The notes under the pieces are model-generated. The model searched no databases. It saw only the letters and a list, made by a program, of their open reading frames with translations, and was not told the DNA's origin. This document shows, piece after piece, positions 1 to 13,627 of a stretch of DNA of 64,000 nt. Source of the DNA: Macrostomum lignano (lineage: Eukaryota). The position numbers were made by a program, and so were the translations under genes. How positions within the stretch are numbered: position 1 is the stretch's first letter; each line of letters starts with the position of its first letter. The stretch covers positions 1 to 64,000 of the forward strand of contig NIVC01003340.1 of assembly GCA_002269645.1 (NCBI GenBank), given 5' to 3'.

Positions 1-3000
1 GAAGCCGGGCCAGGCCGGCCCCTCCGATCGGATTCAACAGCTCTACGTAGAACACGCGGGTGTCCTCAGGCAGGGCGTTGTCGTAGATGGTGACGTTGAA
101 CCTGGCGAGCCTACTGCCCGACAGGAACTGGATCCGATTGCCGTCGCTCGATAATCCGGCCGATCCCCGCTGCTGGTTGCTGTGCCATCTCTGGTGCGCC
201 ATTCGCAAGAGATTGAACCATCGTACCTGTCGGGGGATTATATGCCAAGACGCGGTTGTATATTTATAGAATTTTTGCCGCAGACCACATTAGAGAGACA
301 GAAGGGACTCTGCTTTGAATTGATTTTCATGAGTAGTAATAAAACGAAAGAGTCGATTACGTCTCGAGTATCAGTAAGCTCAGTGCTTCATTCGTCAGTG
401 AGCTCGAATCTCTGTACAGCGTGCATACGAGCTGAGCTGAGTACGTAGTTTTAGTAAGTTAAAACAGAAGCTGTTTTCAGTTATAAAGTACAAAAGATGC
501 CTTTCGTAACTGCTACGAACCATGAAGAAAAACAAATCAACAGCTGTAGTTGGTGATGCACGTGCATCTCGCACCAGATCCGCACTCGTTTATGGTATCA
601 AAGTTTTGCTACAATCGGATTTCAAGCCCAGATAGCTGACCTTTACCAACTCAATCACAGATCAGCTAGCTAATGTTGACGACTACAAAGTAGCATATTA
701 AAGCAAAGGGGACTCACCTTGAGCCCGGGCAATCAACAGGCTCACAAAGCCAACTTCCTCTCTGACGCTAATTTGAGGCTGGTTGAACTCAGCCGGAATG
801 ATGCTGGGCAGCGGGTCGGGCAGGGCCGTCATGAACTGCAGATAGCCGTAAGGATAGTCGCTCTCGCTAATAGTCACGTTGATCCAGTTTTTTGCGCGGA
901 TCAATTGAAGCACCTGTGGTACCAAAGTTACTCTGAAGGTCTAGTTTCATAAAAATATTTTCATATGTCAACAAAAATTTGTGTTGAAAATTTGTATGCG
1001 AAATAGGGAATACCCTTCAATTAGTTTGCGACGAAGAAAATAAAAGGCTTTATGAGCGCAATTTTGTATTGACTAGGGCCACCAGTAAAAGAGCGTCTAC
1101 TAAAGAGTAGTATGAAAAGAATTTTAAGCCAATTAATACGAGAGATTGCAATGACAGTTGAATAGATCCTCCAAAGTGTGCACTCGCACATGAGGTCCTA
1201 CCTCAGCGGTTACGCCCCAGCTGATGGAGAACGGAGACTCACAAGACGGCCCTGACCTATCACGCATAAAAACTCACGCCATCTACCTGAGACATTAGTG
1301 CTGCCAGCCTGCCCGTCGCTAGAAGCAGCTTCAGTCAGGATAAAAATTGCTTGAGTTGCCAGCTCAGGGATTTGATCGTCAACAAGCGTTGCTGTCAGCG
1401 ATTTCAGACGCTCGCCAGCGCCAAATGTGATGAAGCCGGTAGAGTTGACAAACTGGGAGCCAGCCTCTGACCAGCCGGTGCCGTTGTGGTTCGGCAGCCG
1501 GCTTCCCAGTACAGGTTCACCGAATCAAAGCTGCCACCTAAGGGGATTTTGCAGCGCATTTTTTGTATTTGTTTTGACGTGCGGGGTGTTAGTAAACTGA
1601 TTGCATAATCATTGAGAATACTTTAGTGTGATAGTTCATTGGACTACTTTTCAAACGAGTTAGAGTCAATTTTGGCTAAGATAGAACGCAATAAGACAAA
1701 ATCGTACCAAGCCTTTGCACGGAGCAGGAGAATGTTGTAGACTCATTGAACGACACTGGCGGCACGCAGGATCCAACAAAGCCGAAGATGCCATTCGCGC
1801 GTCGCTCTTTAGCACGACGAGGTCAGAGCTTTGCCCGGTTGGCGACAGGCGAGCTCCGCCTTTGGCGGACAGGAGTCGCAGAGTGAAGTACTCGTCTGGC
1901 TCGGCAATCGTGTCCTGAACTGAGGCCAACGTGATGGTGCTGTTTAACTGGTCGATTGGAAAGGACAAATGGCCTGAGATGGGCGTCACGTCTGAGCTGG
2001 CTGGATAGGAGCTGATCTCGGCGATTTCGCTGCGGGATAGTTTTTTCTATCGATGCTGAGCCAAAAATTACCCATTTTAAGGTTGCAGACTCAAGATAAG
2101 ATTGAGCGAAATGACATTCAATTTATCGAATGCGTTTGGGTGAGAACGGTTAGGTAGTCCAACCCTAGCTCTTAGGTCGAGCGCGCGAAGCTCCCTGCAA
2201 ATAAGGTTGAGTGCTCAAAGCCCCCTGCTAACAAGGCTGAGTGCTCAAAGCTCCCTGCAAACAAGGTTGAGTGCTAAAAGCTCCTGCTACAAGGCTGAGT
2301 GCTCAAAGCTCGCTGCGAACACGGAGCAGTGTCCGTGAAATCGGCCTGCTTATATTATATCATTCCGCATTTTGCAGTTGTTACTTTAATTAAATTAAGT
2401 TTCCATCCCATATTTACTTATTTTCCAGCTTTCGAGCGTAGAGCCTTGCATCCTGCAGGTAGCCGATGTAGCGATGGGTCTGTCCAGCAGCCGCGCCTAA
2501 GTGCATCACGCCATCGGTGTCCAGCAACGTGGCAGACTCGAGAGCGCCCTGATAGAATTTGACACCGTCCAAGAAGAGGGAAGCTTGACCGCCGAACACA
2601 TTGACAACTAGATAGTGCCATTTGGCATCAAGGATTGTTGCGGCCATCCAGCCGGTAAGTTGCGCCGTCTGCAATGCAATTTTTATTATTGCTACTAAAT
2701 TTTGTACATTTCTTCACTCGAAAAACCAGCCAAAGCATGCAGAAGACCATTATAACAAAAATTATCAAGCTTTTATCATTATCTAGCTGGTTTGTAGGTT
2801 ATTAGCCATGACATCTCCTATGAATACAGGTAAAATAGCCCTTTAACCACTTTTGATCGTACACGTTACCCGAGGCGCAACTACTTGTAAGGGGTTTCAG
2901 CGCTTATGCATAAATATTTTAGCACGACTAATATATATTTAAGTTTTTGCGATCGAACGGAACGCAAGGAATACTCAATAACTATTGAGTCGTCCCTAAC

Positions 3001-6000
3001 GGAACGTCTAGAACTTTGACAACTTACAGTAAGACTTTTACTGTGACATTGAGCTGAGATCAAAATTATGACTTTTTGAAGCTGAAGTGCTGCTAAAGAG
3101 ACTGAAGACGTCGCTATAGAAATTAGTATACCCGTAAAATAGCAATACATATTGGCTTAGTAATTTCTTAATATTCGAATCAGATATTGTTACTGAAAGG
3201 AGCAAGTCAAGAGCAGAGAGTATGCGAGGCGAGACAAAAGTGACAAGTGCACTGAAAAACAACGAGACGATTTACGAGTCGATTATGAATATAAGCGAGG
3301 TTCAATAGCAGCTACCCTAACCCAAGGGCTAAAACACCAACAGCATACATTAAAATCATTAAAATCAGAGACGTGCAAAGAGCGTGATCAATGGACAATG
3401 AGCACACGCACAGAGTTAATCAATGCATTCTCTTGTGATCGTTGTAAGAAACAGAGAGAGTTTTGTGCCAAATATACTAGTTAATCCCTTTTGCTTTCTT
3501 ATAAGTCAAAAAGATCGTGGCGGTTTTTACTACTGAATTTTAGTAGGTAGCAGAAGTTCTTACCCTCCGAAAAAGAGACCAGTATCGAAAAGTGACGCCA
3601 ACACTTGTTGCATTCGCGCTGATGTAAACGCCGTACAAGTCGGAGCCGTTGTTAGAAAAAAACTTTGACAGCAGGCACGAGTCGGCAATGGATTGCTTGA
3701 GCTGAAGAGCTGTGCTGAATGCAAATCCACTGGCTGAGTTCATAGTGGTTGTTGCGTTGGGCTGATAGATTGCCGGCACGGTCACTAGGCTTCCTAGAAA
3801 CCAAATAAAATCAGATGGAATGAGATCGGTCTCTTTTGTGCCTTAAGAATGAAGCAAGTTAACTAATCAATGGTAAATTCAATACAATTGTGACGCACCT
3901 GGAGCGTTAAAGAATTCCAAAACCTGTGTGCCGGTTCCAGGAATTCGTTTACTCACATCCGCTGTTACAACACTGAAATTCTGCAGCCCGAGGAACAGCA
4001 GGTCCATTACAGCTGGTAGGCTCGATGCGGACTGCGACAGGATCGTCCAGGACACTTCAACTTTGCTGTATCGGCCTTGCAGGCGATCTACAGAAACGGT
4101 GAGTTTCGTTTCCGCCTCCTGTCCAGGGTAAGCGTCTTCTGGCACCGAGTAGGTCGACTGGCCGAATGACATCACGCCGTAGGGGTCGTCGTTCTGCGGC
4201 ACAACTATGTACGCTTTGGTTGGTCCGCTGCCGAAGACTGGCTTTTCTTCTGGAGATGCTCCGCCTAGAGAAGGTTACGCAAGTACATTGAGGCTTTAAT
4301 TCACTTGTATGCTGCTTTTCTACCACAAATAATGGGTGATTTACCAGTCAGGTTGACCATCGTAACAGAGAAATTTTCATCAAACTCTGGTACATTGTCT
4401 CGCCTAGGAATGAGGACGAGAGGAACGGTGGCGGCGCCATTCGGCAAGGTCAGCACGCCGCTGCCAAAGTCAAAGTCGGTTCCGTCAGCAACAGGCTCCT
4501 CGGTGCCGTTCAGGGCTATCATCCAGTAAATGTTGACGTCGCCAAAGATGCCACCCTCACGAATCACTCTGAAAATTGCCAGATAGTCAAGTTGGGAAAA
4601 ATTATTGTTAAGATTTTTATCGCTAGTGGTTCGTTCTTTCAATGTAACATTTCAAAGTCAGATATTTCTCGGAATCGCTTCCACTAAAAGCATACAATAG
4701 TAACTATTGCATCCCATAGAGCAACTCATTCAGTCCCTCAGTACGCTCAGAAGTACGACAGGATAAGAACAAATAAAAAAACTTCACGCACTCGAAAGAA
4801 ACAGACGAGCCCTCGTTCGCTGTCTTGACGACTGTACTGGCAAACGAGATGCTCCCAGATGCGCCATCATTTGCCGCGATAACAACTGTTGCAACGTATT
4901 GGTTGTAAGGCACAATGTCACCTAATGGATTGTACAGCTCAATGCGTAGGATCTCGTCACCTTCCGGTGTTCTGTCGTCAAGTGTCTGCACAGAGAGTCG
5001 CTGCTCGCGCTGGCCGCTGTTGAAGACCAGTACCCCGCTGGCACTAATATAATCATTGATTCCTGCGTAAGCAGTGACGTCGATCGTTCTGTAACTAATT
5101 CTGACGGACTCCAGGAGGCTGCCCTCGCGTACAACAGTGAAGCTAGCGCTTTGGCCCTCGTTCACGCGCAGTGTGCTGGGTGCTGCAATTGCGGTTGGAA
5201 AATTTCTTTAGATTTTCATAGACTCAATAAGTATCCTAAAACTATTGCTTTTTGTCTTACCCGAAAAGTATACAGGACTGTCGTTCTGATCAATGTACAC
5301 AAATGCTTGAGCGCGGGATCCAAGACTGCACCGCCAGTGACGTTGAACAGAGTCACCGTAAACTGCTCTTGGTCTTCTGGGATCTAAGAGATGCGATTAA
5401 TTACGTTGAAAAAACTGTTTTTTAGATAACCTAGCTATTTCACTTCGACAACTTACGTCATCGGGAAGACTTTGAATGGGAAGCGCAACCTGCGATTGAC
5501 CATTTTCAAAGACCAAAGTTCCACTGATCGGGCTCAAATCCGAGGTGTTGCCAGGTGTGACGCGGAACTGGACCGTCACGGTGCCGAAAGCGCCGCGATT
5601 GCGCGCAACGATCAGACGGGCAATCTGAATGTCGCTTCCTTTGCTCTCCTTGATGTTAGCCAGCAGGCTGGATGTTTGGAATTCGATGACTCCGGATGGG
5701 TCATCGTTTGCGGGCACTGTGATGTTGATTCGTGACCTTGAACCAATAGATATTGGCACGCCATTGTGACCACTCAAGCTAAGAATATAGTTTGTATCCA
5801 GCTGCAATTGAAGGCAATTTTGTTTGTCTCAGCTGAGCCTTGGCGCTTTCTTAAGGCATCTTATACAAATGGTATCAATCATACTTTACCTCCGGAATGT
5901 TCTCTCCCCTAGCAAGCAGAGTACCACTGAGAGAATAAACTCCCGGAAGAAACTGCAGTACATTGTTTCCTCCGTAAAACTGTGCGTCTCCCCCCGGCTG

Positions 6001-9000
6001 CACGGAATAATCCACTAGGACTGTCATCAAGGCACCACCCGTGCGAACCACCGTTACATTGATTGGGTCGCCTTCCTCCTTCATTAAGTAGTGCTCCTTC
6101 ATAAAACTCGCAAAGCTGAATACGCCCCCTGGATTATCGTTGGCTCGAATTTTCAGTACAATTGAAGAATAGTTGGTCTTTAGTCGTTGTGTTCCGGCCG
6201 GTGCTACGTCAGTAAGCTGAATTGTGAGGTCCTCGTCCAGCTCCGGGACATCGTCTGGTTTAATTTCGAAGACTAGATCCGCGGAAGTTTGACCTGTCGT
6301 AAAGTTTATCGAATGCTAATTAGAATCCTTTAGCCCAATTCTGACAAAGAATATTTATCCTCTCGAAGGTCTATCAGTCAGTTCTTATAGTGAGTTATAC
6401 TTTCAAGGTCCACAAGACGTCTAGAAGTCCAATAAGTTTTTTCACTTAGTGATCATGTATCTAGCCAACGGCACAGCCGATGCGATTGAGCGGCGCATCC
6501 ACGAGGCCTGTGCACAGCCTGTAGAGTTCTGAGACGGGGTGAAAGGGTCGCAACTCCTATTGTCTTTCTACAGCAGCGCGAGAGTCAGATGCGTTTACAG
6601 CTGAGCTGCCCTGCCCCCAGTGGCTGCCTCAAGGGGTGACGCAAGCTTTTACACGTGCGTACTAAGGGTGGTAAATCCGGATAAACTTGCAGTTTACGGT
6701 GGCAAATGGGCTGATCCGCTAGCATTAATAACTTAATTTACAAGTTGCAATTCTTGAGACTAAATGGTAGATTTTTTCGCAGAAAAGACATTTCTAAGTT
6801 CCCTCGTTCTAGTTTTAATGCAGTCCTTACCAGCTGCCAAGTTGATTTGTCCGGACCGAGGCCCGGTGTCCGAGTCGGTCACGCCAGGCCCAACACTGGT
6901 GACATTCCAGTAGATCACGGCTGCCCCGCTCATGCCTTCGCGAACGATTCTAATGGGTACAAAGCTGCTCGCCGCACCGTCGCTCGGTTCGTCGGCGAGT
7001 ATGACCCCGATGCTGGCGAAGCCGACTTCTCCATCGGCATCCCCTGGCGCCACTAGGATGCTGGTCTCTAGGCGAGCGCCAAGGCGCGGGCTGTTGTAAG
7101 CTGGAAGACTGCTGACCGGCTGGGTGTAGCTGGCGTTCAACAGGCGGGCATTGAAGGTCTCGCCAACTTGTAGAAAGGCTCGCTCGGTCAACGGAAGCTG
7201 AACGAGTGCTGACGCCTCGCCGATGCCCATGGGTACGACTGTGGGCAGGCTGGCCGTGAAGATGTCTGGAATGCAAGGCGGCGGTTTCAACTCGTGTTGC
7301 ATGCAAGTAATATTGAATCGAAAGCTTTTCTTATCTTCCTCTGAACTAATTTAGTAAAGTGACTAGAAACAATTCTGAAATCTTTGTTTGAATCGTTGTT
7401 TTCGATTCTATCTGCATCGTATTGCATGAATAAGTGCAAAATTTTCATTCCGCATCCGAGCGACCCTAGAATTTTTTTGAGCCGCGGCCGTTTCAACTTA
7501 CTGGTGACATTAGTCGAGCCAGAATAGGTAACGTCCATGGCGATTCGGATGGCTCCCAGAGTGCCTCCGGTGCGAATTATACGAAACTCCAGCGTTCGCG
7601 GGGTTTGCTTCTGCAACGATGAAGAAAAGTGATAGTTCTTAGATTTTTAACGTACTGGTAGCTGAATGCTTAGTAAACTTGCTGGTACTCATAAACAATT
7701 GAGAAGCTACGCCCAGAAAAATAAATTATTCTGAGTTTGATAAACTACTAGTACATGAATCTCAGGTGTTGCGTGTTGGTGTGGCTATTGCGTGTTGGGT
7801 TGGCTGTTGGTTGTTCGGGTGGCTGTTGCGTGTTTTGTTGGTTACTGCGGGGTTGCTTTTTCATATAATTTTGTTTGTACTTTCTAGCCTATTAGATTTG
7901 GTCTCAGACCGAGCACTAAGTCCTAATTTGAGAGGCAACTCAGACAACCTACGCTCTTGAGAATCTGCTGATCTGGAGTAGAGAAGGACACCAAGCCGTA
8001 GGCCATGTCGGAGTCCTGCACCACCAGCACTCCTGTCGTGATACTGCCAAGTTTAGCACCACCAGTTAAAGTTGACGCAACCAGAGAAATTCTAAATGCC
8101 TCTGCCGGCTCAGGCAAAGTGTCCTGTATTATCTTCAAGCTGATGCTGGCCTCTTTTACGCGATCCTCGAGTTTCACCGTGCCCTCACTTGGCCCGATGT
8201 CGCTGACGATCGGATCGGTGTTGTTGACTCTGACGAGCATCCAACCCACGGACACGGGACCGTAGATGCCGCCGCTGCGCACCACCTGAAATCCGAATAG
8301 CGCTCATGTCTTAGTTGCGAGTTTCAACAATCCGACGATAGGCCCTGAAGACAAACGCTCGATTTTTGGACTTTAGGACAAACACTTTTGAAGATATAAA
8401 AATCAATTTATGACTTAACCACTCAGCTACAACCTCACCAACCGACAGGTAGAAGTGGTTCTTCAACATAGTAGAACTTGTGTAGTACTTTACAGGTTTG
8501 AAGTTCTACATAAATAGTCCACTAGACTTAAGGGGCAGAGGAACTCAACCGTAACGCGTCTGACTCTCCGCTACGACCCCTTGTTCGATTCTGTGCGCAG
8601 CCGTTTTCATTTGGGGCTTGTGCATGGAAATTAGCCAGGGGTATTCACACGCATGGAGGCCAACTCCCAAGGCACGGAGAGTGTACGTGCCTGACGATTA
8701 GAAACTGTACACCTTAAGTGAGCGTTGTGCGAATATGTGGCCGAAAGCATTTCGTCAGAGTGCCCAAAGCCCTGCTGCAATTATTATTATTAATATTATC
8801 TGTATAGAGAATTAGACCATCAAGCAATGCACTCACCTTGAAATCGGAGAATGTGCTAGTCGAGTCCTCATCGACTGTATAGAATCCCGGCTGACCGGGA
8901 ATGTTGGTGAACATCTCCAATACGCCATTAGGATCGTCATTTGCGTTGATTAGAATCTTGGCTGTTTGAGGCTCCTGGATCACCATGTCACCCGTGGGGT

Positions 9001-12000
9001 CCTGCAGGGTCAGACTGGAAATTTGCGAATGTTAACTATTGGTTAGGCAACTTAGTTGTATTTCTAAGAACTATTCTACAGTCGGACTAAAAGAGAAACT
9101 ACTAAAACATCCATCCACTGTTCTTGGCAAAAATTTAAGGTCCCATAAATTACTTAATGCGTCACACTGACGAAATCGTAGTACATGTAGCTGACTAAGC
9201 ACTTTAGAACTAATTATTGATAGATACTCTCCAACTACGACAGAAAAAGTGACATATAGGTCCATATGGGACCTGATAGGACCAGTGGCTGTTGCACTCT
9301 GGCTGAGATCAAAATCTTGTGGACTGAGTTCTCAAGACACGAGCAGGCAGCCTATGGTTTAAAGTATCATGCTGTACGTACGAAAAATCTTCCACGGGTT
9401 CAGGAATATCGTCTGCCAACACGGTGATGGTGATCTCTTTACGCGTCTCGCCTGCCGCAAACTGCAGCGTCTGATTGACGGCTCGGTAGTCGCTGTAGAG
9501 TCCGGCAAGGCCAACGTTGCTCACTCGAACCGCGACGCTAGCCGGAAAGTCCACAGGGCCGATGAGGCCGCCGGAAGCTGAGCTGCCGCGTATTATTCCG
9601 ATGCGATAGTCGGTGTCACTGTTTGTTTCATTGACGCTGTACTGGGCCTATATTTGTGTTGTTTGTAGGATACGATAAACGCATTCGTATTATTTACTCA
9701 TACTGTATTTTTTCTGAATTTTGATTTCATTCTCTAGGGTTTATTTCACCATCCGCAACATATAAATCGGTTGGTTCTAATTTGTTTCCTTCTGTTATTT
9801 AGGACGATTAATCAAGGAACGAACAGAACTTACAAACTCAAATCGAACAGGAGCATCATTGGCGAGCACGGTGATCGAGTAGGTGCTCGCCCCAGGAGCC
9901 AGGCTTCCTCGGGTGCCGAGTATGCTCAGCGACACTGTAAATGTTTCATTGTTCTCCGGGATCACGTCTGGCATGATCTGAAATGCAAATAGTGTGTGAA
10001 AATCGCGGCTTATGACTGTCATTGCTTTTGTTGTCGGCAAATCATTGAGTTAAAATTCCTACCTGCAGTTGCAGCATCAGGCTGAATACTCCGGCAGTGA
10101 ACAGCAGCTGCCCCTCGGCTGGCCCCACGTCCAGACCCGGCGTCGCGGCCGGATTGGCACCGCCGTCCACTCGGAAGCCAAGCTGGACGCTGTTGAACAG
10201 GCCGCGGTCGCGAATAATTTCAAGACTGACCATGGTTGGCACGGCAGTGGCCGGCTCTCGAACCCAGGACTGTCGAGGCTGTAGGTGTTTGTCAAAAGGT
10301 TCAATATCAGTCACGTTCAATTTGAGTACACGCACAATCATCCTTAAGTTAGGAATAGTGGCCGGGATAGGGTGATAACATTGAATGACATCTTAATTCG
10401 AGAGCCAGATCCGAACTTCATGTCACCTTGAGTTCGTGCCCACCCTTTCTCAGTGAGGTTCGCAACGATTTCGTGGAGCTTGATAACTGTCCGAAGTTTA
10501 TTCGACTGCTATTAATCACTCACCGCTTTAAATGAGAAAATGCCGTACGCATCGTCATTGGCCAAGATGGTGACGTTCACCGTCGTCGGTGCCACCAGCG
10601 TGGCCGTGCCGCGCACTGTCAACGAGATGGTGTAGGTCTCGTCGTCTTCCGGCAGGTCGTCATCAACGGTGGTGAAGGTGACCGTCTGTACGCCTGGTGT
10701 CACGCCGGCGTAGAACACGACGGGGTAGGAGGTGCCAAAGAAGTCGCTAGAGGCAGCTGGGTCCGTGATCTGTCAGTCCGTTGAGGAGAAACATAGGATG
10801 ATTAGATGACGCCTGATTAGGGTGGTGAGGCCTGATTGGGGTGAGTGAGGTCGATAGGGTGAGTGAGGCATGATTGGGGTGAGTGAGGTCTGATAGGGTG
10901 AGTGAGGTCCGATTGGGGTGAGTGAGGCATGATTGGGGTGAGTGAGGCCTGATTGGGGTGAGTGAGGCCTGATTGGGGTGAGTGAGGCCTGATTGGGGTG
11001 AGTGAGGTCGATAGGGTGAGTGTGGCATGATTGGGGTGAGTGAGGTCTGATAGGGTGAGTGAGGTCCGATTGGGGTGAGTGAGGCATGATTGGGGTGAGT
11101 GAGTTCTGATAGGGTGAGTGAGGTCCGATTGGGGTGAGTGAGGCCTGATTGGGGTGAGTGAGGCCTGATTGGGGTGAGTGAGGTCGATAGGGTGAGTGAG
11201 GTCGATAGGGTGAGTGAGGCATGATTGGGGTGAGTGAGGTCTGATAGGGTGAGTGAGGTCGATAGGGTGAGTGAGGCATGATTGGGGTGAGTGAGGTCTG
11301 ATAGGGTGAGTGAGGTCCGATTGGGGTGAGTGAGGCATGATTGGGGTGAGTGAGGCCTGATTGGGGTGAGTGAGGCCTGATTGGGGTGAGTGAGGCCTGA
11401 TTGGGGTGAGTGAGGCCTGATTGGGGTGGTGAGGCCTGATTGGGGTGAGTGAGGTCGATAGGGTGAGTGAGGCATGATTGGGGTGAGTGAGGTCTGATAG
11501 GGTGAGTGAGGTCGATAGGGTGAGTGAGGCATGATTGGGGTGAGTGAGGTCTGATAGGGTGAGTGAGGTCCGATTGGGGTGAGTGAGGCATGATTGGGGT
11601 GAGTGAGGCATGATTGGGGTGAGTGAGGCCTGATTGGGGTGAGTGAGGCCTGATTGGGGTGAGTGAGGCCTGATTGGGGTGAGTGAGGCCTGATTGGGGT
11701 GAGTGAGGCCTGATTGGGGTGGTGAGGCCTGATTGGGGTGAGTGAGGTCGATAGGGCGAGTGAGGCATGATTGGGGTGAGTGAGGCCTGATTGGGGTGAG
11801 TGAGGCCTGATTGGGGTGAGTGAGGCCTGATTGGGGTGAGTGAGGTCGATAGGGCGAGTGAGGCATGATTGGGGTGAGTGAGGTCTGATAGGGTGAGTGA
11901 GGTCCGATTGGGGTGAGTGAGGCATGATTGGGGTGGTGAGACCTGATTGGGGTGGCCGAGGCCATCATTCCATTCACTCTACTCCATTCACTCCGTAAGA

Positions 12001-12458
12001 ACTCCATTTTAAACCTTCGTCCATGGCAAAATCTGGTGTCCAGCAACCCAGCTGATTGATAATAAGAAATTTCTAAATGAAGCAAAGTTAAATGCTTTTG
12101 ATAGTTGGAAAGGCGCTGTTGGGTGTTCCTTGGATGAGCTGACGTGATCATTAGTGCTTCTATGTTTATTACGGAAGCCAGCCCGATCCATGAAAGTAAT
12201 CCAAAGAAACTACAGTCTGAAAGTTACAAGCAGTCGTGCATGAATGCAAGATGAAAGCGTTCAACTCACCTGAACCACCGCGTACACATCGTCTATGGGG
12301 GTGCCGTTCGGCTTCAGGCTGACGCTGAATCTGGCGCTCTCGTTCACCACAGTCCGAGCGGAGGATGCAAAGCTCAACACGAACTGGGCCGACACACTTT
12401 CGAGACCAACAAAGACTAGAGCTATCCAGGCAACAAAGACAGCAATTGATGTAGACAT
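1..12458 (-). CDS. ADGRV1: Adhesion GPCR V1 (VLGR1/GPR98) orthologue, 5' part: signal peptide, tandem Calx-beta repeats, LamG/pentraxin domain; continues beyond position 1
   Basis: GT-AG exons (minus): 12458-12270, 10769-10524, 10278-10063, 9977-9834, 9647-9382, 9014-8837, 8285-7953, 7610-7502, 7265-6831, 6293-5890, 5801-5457, 5383-5261, 5182-4792, 4568-4345, 4264-3899, 3793-3564, 2668-2418, 2029-1708, 1537-1287, 913-718, 226-<1. N-terminus MSTSIAVFVAWIALVFVGLESVSA is a signal peptide. Repeated Calx-beta motifs (TVDDDLPEDDETYTISL, TILANDDAYGIFSF, DDRTPEGDEILRIEL). LamG segment KWHYLVVNVFGGQASLFLDG...YLQDARLYARKL is followed by SDVTPISGHLSF, colinear with vertebrate ADGRV1 as I recall it. Six 1-nt frameshifts must be bridged between 141 and 5320. 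Confidence 0.9.
2188..2320. repeat. 30-bp minisatellite, ~4 copies (intronic)
   Basis: Unit CTCCCTGCAAACAAGGTTGAGTGCTCAAAG with variants. Confidence 0.85.
6545..6618 (-). mobile_element. tRNA-derived SINE head fragment
   Basis: Reverse complement GGGGCAGGGCAGCTCAGCTGTAAACGCATCTGACTCTCGCGCT aligns by eye with 8532-8575. Confidence 0.5.
8532..8640 (+). mobile_element. tRNA-derived SINE copy
   Basis: A-box-like GAACTCAACCGTA, AACGCGTCTGACTCTCCGCTAC, B-box GTTCGATTC, then the shared body motif CATTTGGGGCT. Confidence 0.55.
10811..11955. repeat. ~20-bp minisatellite, ~55-60 copies, in ADGRV1 intron 1
   Basis: Unit TGATTGGGGTGAGTGAGGCC with interspersed GCAT/GTCT/GTCC/GTCG variants. It explains the long THPNQASLTPIRPHSPQS ORFs. 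Confidence 0.97.
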
Positions 12459-13627
12459 TTCGATTGCCACAAAAGCAGCGAAAGTTTGTCTGCTGATATG
12501 GCAATTTTAGAAATCGTTGATGTGCAGCTTCCTTTGGTTGTTGAGGCGTTTTCAGATGCAGAGAAGAGTGGATGAGTATCCAGCGATTCAGGAAGCTTTG
12601 ACAATCTGGATCCGGCTGTCTTAACCGCACTGAAGCTCATTAAATATTCATCGGCGATCAGATTCGTTAATTATGCACTGGCCACTCCATAGATTACCTG
12701 CTCCTGAATGATAAGGGAGCAGAGAAGACAAGGGCGAGGCCCTGCTGAGTCCTACCCGTGCTCATTGTAGATGTGAAGCGGCGTCCTCCAGGTTCTCCTC
12801 TCTCTAAACCGCCATCTCCGCGAGCCATCCTAACCGATGAGTCATCGCGTTTCCTTATTTAGTAAAAGTTGCTACGTCGGAATTTTATGTGGATGTGCGC
12901 AGAGTCCTGACAGGGGCAGTGTGTGCACAATAAAACTGCTGCCCTAGCCAGAGTTCAAACTGCCTCACATAGAAGCAAATTAGAAGTTTCAATATTTAGA
13001 GGAAAACTGAAACATTTGGCATAGCTGAATTTATCTAAATATTAAATTATTCTTTAGATTATTGATATCTACTAGAAATGGCGAAACGAAAGCACCGAGT
13101 AGGTCTACTAACTAATTAATAATTTATAAATCAGAAAGTAATGCAGAAAGCGGAGAGTCTGTGGCTTATGCATAATTCTCCACCAGAAATTAATGGAGTC
13201 CTGAGTACCGCCTCAGGAGTCCGTACAGTATTTGCAACCAGTTTGCGTGCAAACTCAATCAGTTGGGCAAAGCAGAAAGTCAAAAGCTTGATTTTTTGTT
13301 AAATCGGTTTTATCATTGATGGGTTACTCGCACTGGAAATATAGGTTTTTTTATGGAAAGTAAAACAAAAATAAGACGCCTTTCATTTAACAGACACAAA
13401 AAACAACGAGCAGATGGCGCTGCTATCTAGATTATACAGTATTGTAGTGCTTAAGAAGCGCAGTATAAGTTAGTTTTTTTGTTTGAACAGCCTTTCTTGA
13501 TTGTAAAATACTCGATACGCTCGTAGCAAGACTCGTTTAGTAGAAACGTTTGGTTCAACGATTTTAAAGAGTAAAATTCTTAAAGAGCGTTGCAGTCGCC
13601 TAGTCTATATTAATTCAAGCATCTAGT

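Noticed and set aside
8685-8715. CTGACGA-TTA-GAAA hammerhead-like core
   Set aside because: No stem II, and the first stem I pair is a mismatch.
10747-12151. Long ORFs of 331-444 aa (THPNQASLTPIRPHSPQS repeats)
   Set aside because: Translations of the 20-bp minisatellite inside ADGRV1 intron 1; open in all three frames only because the unit lacks stops.
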